DNA of 64,000 nucleotides. Origin: Eledone cirrhosa (taxonomy: Eukaryota). The translations under genes and the position numbers were made by a program. Positions 34,311 to 45,108 of this stretch are shown one piece after another. Location of the stretch: NCBI GenBank assembly GCA_964016885.1, contig OZ024741.1:355694001-355758000 (forward strand), given 5' to 3'. How positions within the stretch are numbered: position 1 is the first letter of the stretch; the number at the start of each line of letters is the position of its first letter. The notes under the pieces are model-generated. The model was not told the origin of the DNA. It saw nothing but the letters and a program-made list of their open reading frames with translations, and made no database searches.

Positions 34311-34805
34311 ATTTTAAATCTTTGCAAAGACATTTACTGTTGTTTGTACCCTTATGGCAGTATTTGTATGACAAATGATTGTAAAATGTGTGTATTATCA
34401 AATTTTGCCTCAGGTGTAAGGGTAGTTGCACTTTGGTTTAAGATACGACAGAAACGAAAGTAAGTGTGTACCAATGCAGCAGACAGGGTTAAACTGTAGA
34501 TGGATCTTCTAACCTGTGAAATTCTGTCCCTTTCTCAAGAAAGCAGTTGTGGTCTGGGTTATGATGTGGCAGAGACGAAGGGAAATAAAATCACATGGAA
34601 AAGTTACAGAAAAAATTCACACATTTTGCTAGGAGAAAAAGTAAACGAGAATTTAAGTGCTCTTTTCGTAGCTTTATAGGTATAATTTTCCACTCTTTTA
34701 AATGAATTACTTTTTTCGTGGTATTTAAATAAAATGGAACGTTTTCTCCTGTGTTTTATTTGTTCATGAATTTACGACAAACAGGAGTTTATAATGTACC
34801 ATTAC

Positions 34806-34940
34806 CTTGTTAGTGTGTAAGCATAGACCAATGCAGCAGAAGTTTCAGCAAAGGACATAATGATGAAGTTGACGTAGATGCTTCCGCCTAACACTTCAGA
34901 TAATAAGTAAAGACCATTGTATGTTGCTGCGTCTACAATC
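34806..34940 (-). CDS. SLC22-like transporter exon (TM7-TM8)
   Basis: Acceptor ttttacag, donor gtaatg. Translates IVDAATYNGLYLLSEVLGGSIYVNFIIMSFAE, matching the YYGL...LGGNxYLNF motif. 135 nt, phase 2 to 2. Confidence 0.9.
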
Positions 34941-35049
34941 CTGTAAAACAAACACGTGAGTTTATTGTGAATACATGAGATGAATAAATGAGGAAAATGA
35001 TGAATGTTGACTGAATGAAGGAACACACACACACACACACACACACACG

Positions 35050-35133
<84 letters not shown>

Positions 35134-35157
35134 CACACCCACACACCCACACACACA

Positions 35158-35188
<31 letters not shown>

Positions 35189-35312
35189 CAAATATACAAC
35201 ATCAACTGACAATATCAGAAAGTAAAAATAACCATTAAAAATTTTACTTTTCTCTGATATTATCTTTTCTCCAAGAAAAACTTTATGTTTTTTGTTTTAT
35301 GTGTTACTTCTA

Positions 35313-35371
35313 ACTGTCTGAAGAGGTCATAGCTGTTGAATTGTGGCTATCACCGAAATATATATAACAGT
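35313..35371 (+). ncRNA. Type I hammerhead ribozyme in a probable PLE 3' end (~35195-35521)
   Basis: actgt-CUGAAGA-ggt.atagc/gctat.acc-GAAA-tatata-UA-acagt, followed ~150 nt later by (TA)n. Confidence 0.78.
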
Positions 35372-35514
35372 AATGAAATAAATAAATTTTGAAATGTTGA
35401 CATATACCTCTTGTTTATAAATTTACGCCGGAGTTAACAGACCCTCTTGTGGTTGTGGACTTCGTTGAGTGCTCTACCCTGCAGGTGTTGGTGTTAAACT
35501 AACACATAATCTGA

Positions 35515-35553
<39 letters not shown>

Positions 35554-35865
35554 GTCTATCGACCTTCGTCAAATCGGACCGAGGAAAAAATGTTTCCATT
35601 GGTCTTTCCAGCTCCAGGTAGAAGAAGCAAGGACATAACGTATCACCCGGTCCGAGAATCTAACTCACAACCTCACATTGCGAATCCAATTCTCTAACTA
35701 CTCAATCACGCGCTTTCACGTAATACACACACACACACACAGACACACACAAAAAAACCCACATGTTGAGGCTCAACTGAACAACATCGGGTCTTAAACT
35801 CAGAATGCAATGAGCCGGAAGATATCTCGTTAAACGCTCTAATTCTGCTAAAACCCCGACGTAGA

Positions 35866-36028
35866 TACCGTATTTCCCGGCGTCGAAGACGCTTCGTTCT
35901 CGAGGACGCACCAACTAAAAATTTGAAAAAGAAATGATAAACAACCTTCGGCCTCCAAGACGCATGGTAGATTTTTTAGACTTATTTTAGGAGAAAAATA
36001 GCGTCTTCGACTGCCGGGAAATACGATA
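35866..36028. mobile_element. Pogo/Tigger-like MITE
   Basis: TIRs ccgtatttcccggc-gtcgaagacgc and gcgtcttcgactgccgggaaatacga, flanked by TA on both sides. Confidence 0.7.
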
Positions 36029-36567
36029 GGTACTTTACTTTAATTTTATCGGTTTTTAATAGGATGAAAGATAAAGGATGAAAAGATAAAGGATGAAAGA
36101 TAAAGGATGAAAGATAAAGGATGAAAGATAAAGTCGGATTTGAACTTAGAGTGCTGAGGGCTTTTCAATGCACATAATCTATTTCGATCGGAAAAGAAAG
36201 CGGATTCAATTTTCGAAACAGTTATTAAAATGTCTTTTAAACAAGTATATTTTTACTTTATAGCTCAGTTTGACACACGGTTAAACAATGACAACAAACA
36301 ACAATAACGAAACAACGAAAGAGTCTATATATCTCGTTACTTCGCCTTCTAGAGATAGCAGCCAAATCTCTGAAATCACATTTTAAAAAGAGAAGGCACG
36401 TTGAACATTGCTGTGATGCATACACAAAAAACAATATTGACATGATTAAAATACTTTTAATTCTAGACATACGTGACCGGGGCTTAACAACAACAACAAC
36501 GACAACAACATACAAATAAAAGAAAATAAGAAAAATAAACCATTGGAAAGAAAATATTTTTCATTAC

Positions 36568-36936
36568 CATATAATCATAACGACAAACGTGATTTTCCTC
36601 AAATACGGCATTTTGAAAATATCAATCAATTGAAACCAGATTGATTCAGTTTCCTTCTCGGTTATCTTTACATGTGGCTGTTGTTGGTTAGAGTCAGTGA
36701 CAGCACTGGCATATTGTACAGAGGTATCGTTACCGCTAATGTCCTTACAATTGATGCTATTAGATAATGGAGCATCATCATTACCAATGGTTGTATTCAA
36801 AGAGACATCTATTACGAAATTCTTCCAAATACTATCGAAATCAATATTGTTTTGGCGGGTTGCTCTCTTCAGAACATTCTTGGCCTGATCCAGTCTTCCC
36901 TGTGCAAACAACCAGCGAATAGATTCCTCCAGGAAG
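36568..36936 (-). CDS. SLC22-like transporter exon (central cytoplasmic loop)
   Basis: Acceptor ttacag, donor gtaatg. Translates FLEESIRWLFAQGRLDQA...DIFKMPYLRKITFVVMIIW, containing a PESPRWL-like motif. 369 nt, phase 2 to 2, in frame with both neighbours. Confidence 0.9.
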
Positions 36937-36962
36937 CTGTAAATTAAATTATTTCAAAATAA

Positions 36963-37005
<43 letters not shown>

Positions 37006-37274
37006 AATCACATGAATGCAACAATTTCGCAATTGAAGGATTAACATTTATTACGGAACTGACACGTTTCGTTAATATGTAGGTGAGCATATCTAGAACT
37101 GCTAATCCGATGTATTTTTTTTTCAAATTCAAATATTTTGCGTCAACACAATAACATGTCAGTTTCTCAAAGTTTAACAAAGATTTTATTCATACAGGGT
37201 AACGTTTATATATAGAGAGAAGGCGTGTCACTAAAGAGAAATCTAGGTTGTACAAATTTATAACCGTATCGAAA

Positions 37275-38148
37275 TATAATTGTTTCTACTTTTGGCACAA
37301 GGCCAGCAATTACCCAGTGCATTACTGGTACTTTATTTTATCGACCCCGTAAGGATGAATGGCAAAGTTAACCTCGGTGGGATTTGAACTCAGAATGGCA
37401 AGGACCGTAACTCTATGCGTCAAAGCATGGCATCCGACCCTCTACCGATACTGCCAATCCACCGCCCAATCAACCGTATCGAAATATAATTGTTTCTACT
37501 TTTGGCACAAGGCCAGCAATTACCCAGTACATTACTGGTACTTTATTTTATCGACCCCGTAAGGATGAAAGGCAAAGTTGACCTCGGCGGGATTTGAACT
37601 CAGAATGGAAAGAGCCGTAATTCTATGCGTCAAAGCATGGCGTCCGACCCTCTACCGATACTGCCAATCCATCGAAATATAATTGTTTCTACTTTAGGCA
37701 CAAGGCCAGCAATTACCCAGTGCATTACTGGTACTATATTTTATCGACCCCGTAAGGATGAAAGGCAAAGTCAACCTCGGCGGGATTTGAACTCACATCG
37801 TAAAGGGACGTAACTATGCTGGAAAGCATGGCGTCCGACCCTCTACTGATACTGCCAATCCACTCGAAATATAATGAGAGACAAAGAGATGTGAATAAAG
37901 GAGTAGTCAGGCAATGCCACAACTCTATCATTCACATTGATAGTAACAACAACATATGGTGGATTGGCAGCATCGGTAGAGGGTCGGACGCCATGCTTTA
38001 CAGCAAAAGAGTTACCTCCCTTTATGATCTGAGTTCAAATCCCGCCGAGGTTGACTTTGCCTTTCATCCTTACGGGGTCGATAAAATAAAGTACCAGTAA
38101 TACACTGATTTAATTGTTGGCCTTGTGCCAAAAGTAGAAACAATTATT
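37275..38148. mobile_element. Cluster of a second SINE family: three tandem minus copies (37275-37865) facing one plus copy (37957-38148)
   Basis: Repeated ggattggcagtatcggtagagggtcggacgcc...gagttcaaatcccgccgagg...cctttcatccttacggggtcgataaaataaagtaccag. Dispersed copies at 5415-5605, 15048-15222, 33123-33292; older ones near 8090-8250, 9060-9190 and 13470-13610. Confidence 0.85.
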
Positions 38149-39154
38149 ATTATTATTATTATTCCATGCGGCGGGGCTACCATAGATATTAGACGTTGCT
38201 GTTGATTTGTTGAGTAAAGGATAGTTCTATGGCCATAGGTCTGTGTCAGGTCACTTTCACTGAGATTATGGGGCGTTCGCAGTGGGTGGTGGTAAATCAT
38301 GTTGACATTTCAATGTTCTTGTTGCTAAGGTTGAACAGTGTTGTATCTTGCCTGCCACCGTAAAGTGATAAACGGACAGAATTGAGGTCGATGCTTGGTT
38401 TTATTTATATGCCCAAAGGGCATGGTTGTGTGATCGGGTTCCACGTTATTCAGGATTACAACAGGAGAAAGTTTTAAACTGTTTATGTCTACAATTGAAC
38501 ACTCGTTCTAATCTATTATTTATTAAAATGGTTTCGGTTATTTTAAAGTACATTTCTAATATACATATATTACTGAACATTGATAGAATACTTGAGAGTC
38601 AGTTGGAAAAATGAAACAAGTACTTAGCAAAATCCCAAGAAAAGGTAAGATAGTATGAAGAAATGAAGAATTAATTAAAAAAATTCTCATACCTAAAGAA
38701 AACCGAACATTATTAGCAGGGACAGAGACAATGATAAGCATGTTCCGGTCTTATTAGACCTTATCAGAATAGCATAGTAAGAATGAGAGTCGTTAGAAAC
38801 TCTCAAAGAAAAAGCAACATAATTTTAAGTAATAAAGAACTAAAAAAAAAAATAATTTGTGTGCTTCAGGGGAAACTTTTTATAACTCTTTAGTCTCTAA
38901 AAATTATCCCTCCATTTCCTTTGAGAATCGCCAATAACTGCCGCTAGCTTTTTGTTGGACTTTATTTGAAAATCAAATCTCCTACATGTTTTACTCAGTA
39001 GGCATGGTTCGACCCGTGGTGGCTACGGTAAATAATACATATACAAGACGTCACGCAGGGGGATCATACTTGAGACCTAATGATTATGAAGCAAACTCTT
39101 TAACCAATCGGTCTTGATTGCAGACACACAAACGTTGCAGATACACAAACTTAC

Positions 39155-39357
39155 AAGATTTCTACAATGAAAAATCCGCTGACGAAGCAGTTGAAGATGG
39201 CCAAAGCGGTCCAGCTATAGTCTTGAAGAAAATAAGCCATTAAACCTGGCACAAAATTCATGAAACTCCAGATGAAGGAGAATATCCCGGTCATCAATAG
39301 TCGTTTCTCCTTTGCAAATAATTCTACAACAGCAGTCAAACAGCTCACCAGACAACA
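39155..39357 (-). CDS. SLC22-like (MFS) organic cation/anion transporter, first coding exon visible in window
   Basis: Acceptor tttttcag at 39358 and donor gtaagt at 39154. Translates CCLVSCLTAVVELFAKEKR...LMAYFLQDYSWTALAIF, matching the SLC22 E-x-x-x-x-x-R and AYFLRDWR-type region. 203 nt, phase 0 to 2. Confidence 0.85.
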
Positions 39358-39622
39358 CTGAAAAATATTGTAAAAGAAAATAAATTAGTTTTATATATAT
39401 TAGAGCAAACACCATGGGCGCTCTATCTCAAAATTATTTTTGAAAAGCATTAGAAATGCGCAACCGGTAAAAACTTAAAACTAAAAACTGAATACTAACC
39501 AATACTTATTACTAATTTTTACTTATTCCTAATTAAACTATTTTTCACTGGGAAAAATTTGTCAGCATTTTCTTTTCCTTTTACTAATATATCACAACTC
39601 GTGTGTTACACCTCTATTCTTT

Positions 39623-39660
<38 letters not shown>

Positions 39661-40468
39661 TAAAATAATGAATAAACAAAGAAACAGTTCCTTATATTAA
39701 AAAAATTCATCATTTTACGATCGTTTCTAGGATATATATGTGTTAGAGTTGGTATGCATATTCTATAGATCTATGTACAATATTTATACAAACTATCAGA
39801 GGGAATATACATACCTACACATATATATGCTGTCTTCAGAAATAATGATATTTGTTTATTGAAAAAAACAAAGATTCAATACAATAGGCCTGGTTGGGAA
39901 CAGGTTTTGAATTGACCAATAGAGAGATAGTGAGGGTCAGGATAGTAATATAGTAGTAGAAGAACCTTAAATTATGGGTAGAGGAAGGTAGATTTCAGTT
40001 TTGGATGGAAAAGAATATTATGAATGAAGGATTATTTTAAGGAAGAAATAGGTCTTATGCTGACCTCAGAAATAATTTTATTTTTTCATTGAATAAAACC
40101 AACAAAGATCTAATATAGTCTGTCTGTTTGGTAAGAGGTTTAGAATTAACCAATAGAAAGTTAATAATTGGCCAAATGGTAATTGAAGCTTATTTTAGGG
40201 GTGAAAATAGGTCAGGTGGTCAGTAAAAGGTATACATGCAGTTGCTGTTATGAAATAGTAATGCCAATACAAATATCTAAGGTGACTAAAGTTTTAAGAT
40301 AAGAATGTTAGTGAAAAAAATACATCAATGAAAAGAATATAAATTAATTTAATTGATGGGTATATTTATATTGATAAAATTATACTAATACATAAAGATA
40401 TGATAAATAAGAGTTAGATGCAGTTGAAAAGTGCTGTTAAAGATGAGGGGAAATTAAAAGAATATAAA

Positions 40469-40512
<44 letters not shown>

Positions 40513-40546
40513 TTATACATATACATATATACATATATATACACAT

Positions 40547-40600
<54 letters not shown>

Positions 40601-40640
40601 TTATATATATACATATATATACATATCTATCTATCTATCT

Positions 40641-40996
40641 AAGGCGGGTAAAATTCCCGAGATCCATGGACGAGTTCTCTCCAGCGGTCTCTGTCCCTCA
40701 TTATCGCTGCCATATCCTGCATCTCCAACAGACCAGTGTCTGTCCTTAGGGCATCAACATATGTTAACCTTGGTCTTCCTCTTCTAGTGTGTCCATGTAG
40801 GGGCTCCCAAAGGAGCACTGAGTGCAATGTCAACTCTGGATGTCGGTGAGCATGTCCAGCCAACCTCAGTCTTCTCTGTGTCACTTTTGAGCTGACTTTT
40901 GGGATGCTCCCATACAGTGAAGGAGGCAGAGGATTTGATGCGGGAGGTTGAGACTGTGTCGATGAGTGTGGGGCTGAGAATGAATGAGACTAAAAA
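40641..40996 (-). mobile_element. RTE-like LINE 3' fragment nested in the microsatellite of PLE A minus arm
   Basis: RRLRLAGHAHRH...LLWEP...[10 protein letters not shown]...DRDRWR followed by a (TAGA)n tail. Absent from the plus arm. Confidence 0.8.
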
Positions 40997-41066
40997 ATAT
41001 ACATATATATACACATAAATACACACACATACACACATATACATATATATACATATACACATACAT

Positions 41067-41129
<63 letters not shown>

Positions 41130-41497
41130 GATATATACATGCATATATACATACATACACATACATATACACACACATATACACTTACATATACATATCA
41201 TTATTGGGGGGGGGGGGATTAAATTTATTAGTGAGAAATAGTAAATATATATAGTTTTCAAGGAACATAGAGTCATAACCTGAAGTTAAAGCATTATATA
41301 TGTTTACTTAATGGTATCAGTTTTAGGAAATGATATTTGTAAGAAGGAAAGCAAAATTATGTAGTTCATCAGTAGTAGAATATTAATTATAGGTTTATAA
41401 TTTTTAAAGCAGAAATATGTAGTTCATCAGTAGTAGAATATTAATTATAGGTTAACTAAATTAAAAATAATTTATAAATTAATTTCTAAAGTGTATA

Positions 41498-43972
41498 TTA
41501 ATTAGGTTTATAATATTTAAAGGTTTTTCTCAGTTTATGATTACACGATATTATTAATTCCTGTCGCTTATTTAATAGGATATCCTTAGATTTCATTATT
41601 TCAAAATGTTCTTGGGAACATAATCTACATTCGTTTCTACTATTTTGATAAGGGGTGGCCCTTTTGAGCACACTCCAGGTCAGGTCATATTCTATATTCC
41701 CCTTTCTATAACTATTTATTATTTCAGCTAGAGATGTTGTATTAGCTAGTGCGGCATTTTTAAAACTATGTTTGTGGGTATTAAATCTTACCTTAAATTT
41801 GTTAGAGGTAGCTCCTATATATGAATAAATTGAGTCTTTAGTGTTAACTTTACATTTATATACTATGTTATTAACAAGGCAATTTCCTTTTAATGGACAA
41901 TTTGCCTTGTTCCTACAGTTACAACTTTTCGTGAATCCTGTATCCGAGGAGATATTATGGTTAGTTTGATGTACTGGTGGTATACTCGTGGTTTTTTTAC
42001 ATTTATATGCATTATAGGCACTTATATTTTGTTTTATGTTTTTGGTTGTTGAGTAGGAGAATTTAACCGTTGATCTATTTAAGATTTGATGGTATTTGTG
42101 GTTTGGCGGGAAGTTTTTCTCTAGGATATTAAAGAATTTTTTAGGTATATTATCCTTAATTTGTAAATTAAATGGAGCATTGTTCCAAGTAACTCGTCTA
42201 TTACGGTTTCGATGTTGTTTATTGTTTTTATAGGATGCATCCTGATGTTTATTAAGAGAATTATTGTTAATGACCTCACCACACACATTTTTAGTTAGAT
42301 TTATTGATTTAGGTGTTTTAGCTTGTTTATTAGGAGTTTTATTATTAACATTTATTAGAGTTGTAGGATGAGTAGTTTTTTGAGAGTGACTATACTGTAT
42401 ATTAGAAGAGTTAGAGAAATTTGGTTTTATGTTGGTGTTTTGGGGTATAGTGTGAGTGGCATTTAGGTGTGTATGTTTCATTTGGTGTTTGTTGGTAATA
42501 TTAGGTTGTATGTTTGTAGTGTTATTGGTAGAAGGTATATATACTAATCTATTTTTGTGGCCACTTCTAGCTAGAGCTTCGTTATAAAAGGTCACATTTT
42601 TATCAAATACATCTTGGTTAGACGAAAGGTTAGAAATTCTAAGTGATATATTATATGCAAGGTTTTTAAGGATAGATTTAGGGTGATTAGATTGTGAGTG
42701 TATGTAGTGTAAATTTTGGTTGGGTTTATGGTAAGGTTGGTAAATACCCGTAGATAAGTCTAATGTTATATCTAGGAAATTAACTACTTTACTTGTGTTT
42801 TTAAATGTAATATCTAGACTATAATAGTCTTTGAGGAAAGTTCTAATAAGCTTTTTATTTTTTTCGCTCTCTGAGAGGCTAAGGTTATTGGAAAGAAGAA
42901 GACAGTCGCCACGATATAAACCACCTTTAAGGTGGGGAAAAGAAGCATTTATGTTAAAAAGAAGAAAGAGGCCCACAAGATCAGTAATTTGGGCAGAATC
43001 GCTTGAGCCCATAGTAATATCGAATAGATTACTATATGTGTTTCTGGTCCAGTAGTCATTCTGAAATTCCAATAGTGTTAGTCTAGCATGTGTAATAATA
43101 TTAATGTCATCCAAAGTTAAGTTAGATCTATTTTTAGCAAATATCCAGGCTTTGTTCACGAGTATAGGTGATATAGAAGAATAATAATTATCTATATCAA
43201 ATTGTAAAAATGAAGCAGAGGATTTATTTCTAATATTATTAAACCAGTTAATTACCTGGGATGTGTTTTCCCAGAGTGGTAAATTAACATGTTTTCTTAG
43301 TTGTGGGATGACTCTATCTAAATTTTTTTTACTAATTATTCCAATATCAGATTTGGAAGGGCATATAAGCCTTATAGAAGGATTAGAGTTAAAGTTAGAT
43401 TTATGATCTTTCAGGTTGAAGTGTGGTCTTTTCAATGCCAAAGGTTCAGTTCTATCTTCAATATTAAGTCTATTCACTATGCTGTGTGTTTTGTTGTTGA
43501 TGTTGGTAAGTGACGCATTATTTGTTTTTCTATAATTTTTCCTGAGTTCTTTATATATGAACTCATTGTAATTTTCAATATCCATGTGATATAGATTTCC
43601 AGTTTTGTCCGAGTGGACATGGATTTTTTTAGATTTTTTTAGGTCCAATAGGGTAGAATCAAGGTCCTTTTGAAAATTAGATTTATACCTCTTAAATTTG
43701 AGGTGTTTGATTAAATTAAAAAGGTCTTTCTCAAAGTTTTCAAGTAAGGAGTTGTGTGGTGGATTTTTATATGTAGTGAAATCATACAAATATTTCCTAT
43801 CAGTACATTTTGTTTTTTTATCGAAGTGGTAGGCCCTCCATCTGATTCTTCTGATAAATTGGTTGGTTTTTTGTATCATAAGAAGTAAGAAATCATCCTT
43901 AGAAGGTAATGGTATATTCTTTAAAGAAGTTCCCAAGTATTGTTTTTCCATTGTGATATGGATAATGGACAA
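41498..43972 (-). CDS. Naiad-type PLE RT + GIY-YIG ORF (element A, minus arm); open but catalytic motif is YRGD
   Basis: 824-aa ORF with KNIPLP...RIRWRA, QFDID, TMGSSDS, LYRGD, CNCRNKANCPLKGNC, IVY...YIG, FKVR, CRLC. Confidence 0.9.
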   Translation of the reverse strand: MSIIHITMEKQYLGTSLKNIPLPSKDDFLLLMIQKTNQFIRRIRWRAYHFDKKTKCTDRKYLYDFTTYKNPPHNSLLENFEKDLFNLIKHLKFKRYKSNFQKDLDSTLLDLKKSKKIHVHSDKTGNLYHMDIENYNEFIYKELRKNYRKTNNASLTNINNKTHSIVNRLNIEDRTEPLALKRPHFNLKDHKSNFNSNPSIRLICPSKSDIGIISKKNLDRVIPQLRKHVNLPLWENTSQVINWFNNIRNKSSASFLQFDIDNYYSSISPILVNKAWIFAKNRSNLTLDDINIITHARLTLLEFQNDYWTRNTYSNLFDITMGSSDSAQITDLVGLFLLFNINASFPHLKGGLYRGDCLLLSNNLSLSESEKNKKLIRTFLKDYYSLDITFKNTSKVVNFLDITLDLSTGIYQPYHKPNQNLHYIHSQSNHPKSILKNLAYNISLRISNLSSNQDVFDKNVTFYNEALARSGHKNRLVYIPSTNNTTNIQPNITNKHQMKHTHLNATHTIPQNTNIKPNFSNSSNIQYSHSQKTTHPTTLINVNNKTPNKQAKTPKSINLTKNVCGEVINNNSLNKHQDASYKNNKQHRNRNRRVTWNNAPFNLQIKDNIPKKFFNILEKNFPPNHKYHQILNRSTVKFSYSTTKNIKQNISAYNAYKCKKTTSIPPVHQTNHNISSDTGFTKSCNCRNKANCPLKGNCLVNNIVYKCKVNTKDSIYSYIGATSNKFKVRFNTHKHSFKNAALANTTSLAEIINSYRKGNIEYDLTWSVLKRATPYQNSRNECRLCSQEHFEIMKSKDILLNKRQELIISCNHKLRKTFKYYKPN

Positions 43973-45108
43973 GAAAAAGAGCTCAACTATTTGTATATGG
44001 AGTTATAAAGTTATACACATATATGTATATATATATAAATATATATACACATACAATATAAAAATAAGAGTATCCCCATGAAAATAGGAGCAAAGTATGT
44101 AGATAAATCTACCAAAAGTTTACGGTAGTGTCCAATCCGTATGAAGAACTCAATGTAATCCGGATATCATGAAAAGAGAAGATGCATTCAAAAACTACTT
44201 TCGGTGAAAAATAAACGGAAAACAGAGTCAAGATAAATTAATAAAATAATGAATAAACAAAGAAACAGTTCCTTATATTAAAAAAATTCATCATTTTACG
44301 ATCGTTTCTAGGATATATATGTGTTAGAGTTGGTATGCATATTCTATAGATCTATGTACAATATTTATACAAACTATCAGAGGGAATATACATACCTACA
44401 CATATATACGCTGTCTTCAGAAATAATGAAATTTGTTTATTGAAAAAAACAAAGATTCAATACAATAGGTCAGTTTGGGAACAGGTTTTGAATTGACCAA
44501 TAGAGAGATAGTGAGGGTCAGGATAGTAACCTTAGTAGAAGAACCTTAAATTATGGGTAGAGGAAGGTAGATTTCTGTTTTGGATGGAAAAGAATATTAT
44601 GAATGAAGGATTATTTTAGGGAAGAAATAGGTCTTATGCTGACCTCAGAAATAATTTTATTTTTTCAATGAATAAAACCAAGAAAGATCTAATATATTCT
44701 GTCTGTTTGGTAAGAGGTTTAGAATTAACCAATAGAAAGTTAATAATTGGCCAAATAGTAAAATAGTAGTAATTGAAGCTTATTTAATGATGAATTTTTT
44801 TAATATAAGGAACTGTTTCTTTGTTTATTCATTATTTTATTAATTTATCTTGACTCTGTTTTCCGTTTATTTTTCACCGAAAGTAGTTTTTGAATGCATC
44901 TTCTCTTTTCATGATATCCGGATTACATTGAGTTCTTCATACGGATTGGACACTACCGTAAACTTTTGGTAGATTTATCTACATACTTTGCTCCTATTTT
45001 CATGGGGATACTCTTATTTTTATATTGTATGTGTATATATATTTATATATATATACATATATGTGTATAACTTTATAACTCCATATACAAATAGTTGAGC
45101 TCTTTTTC

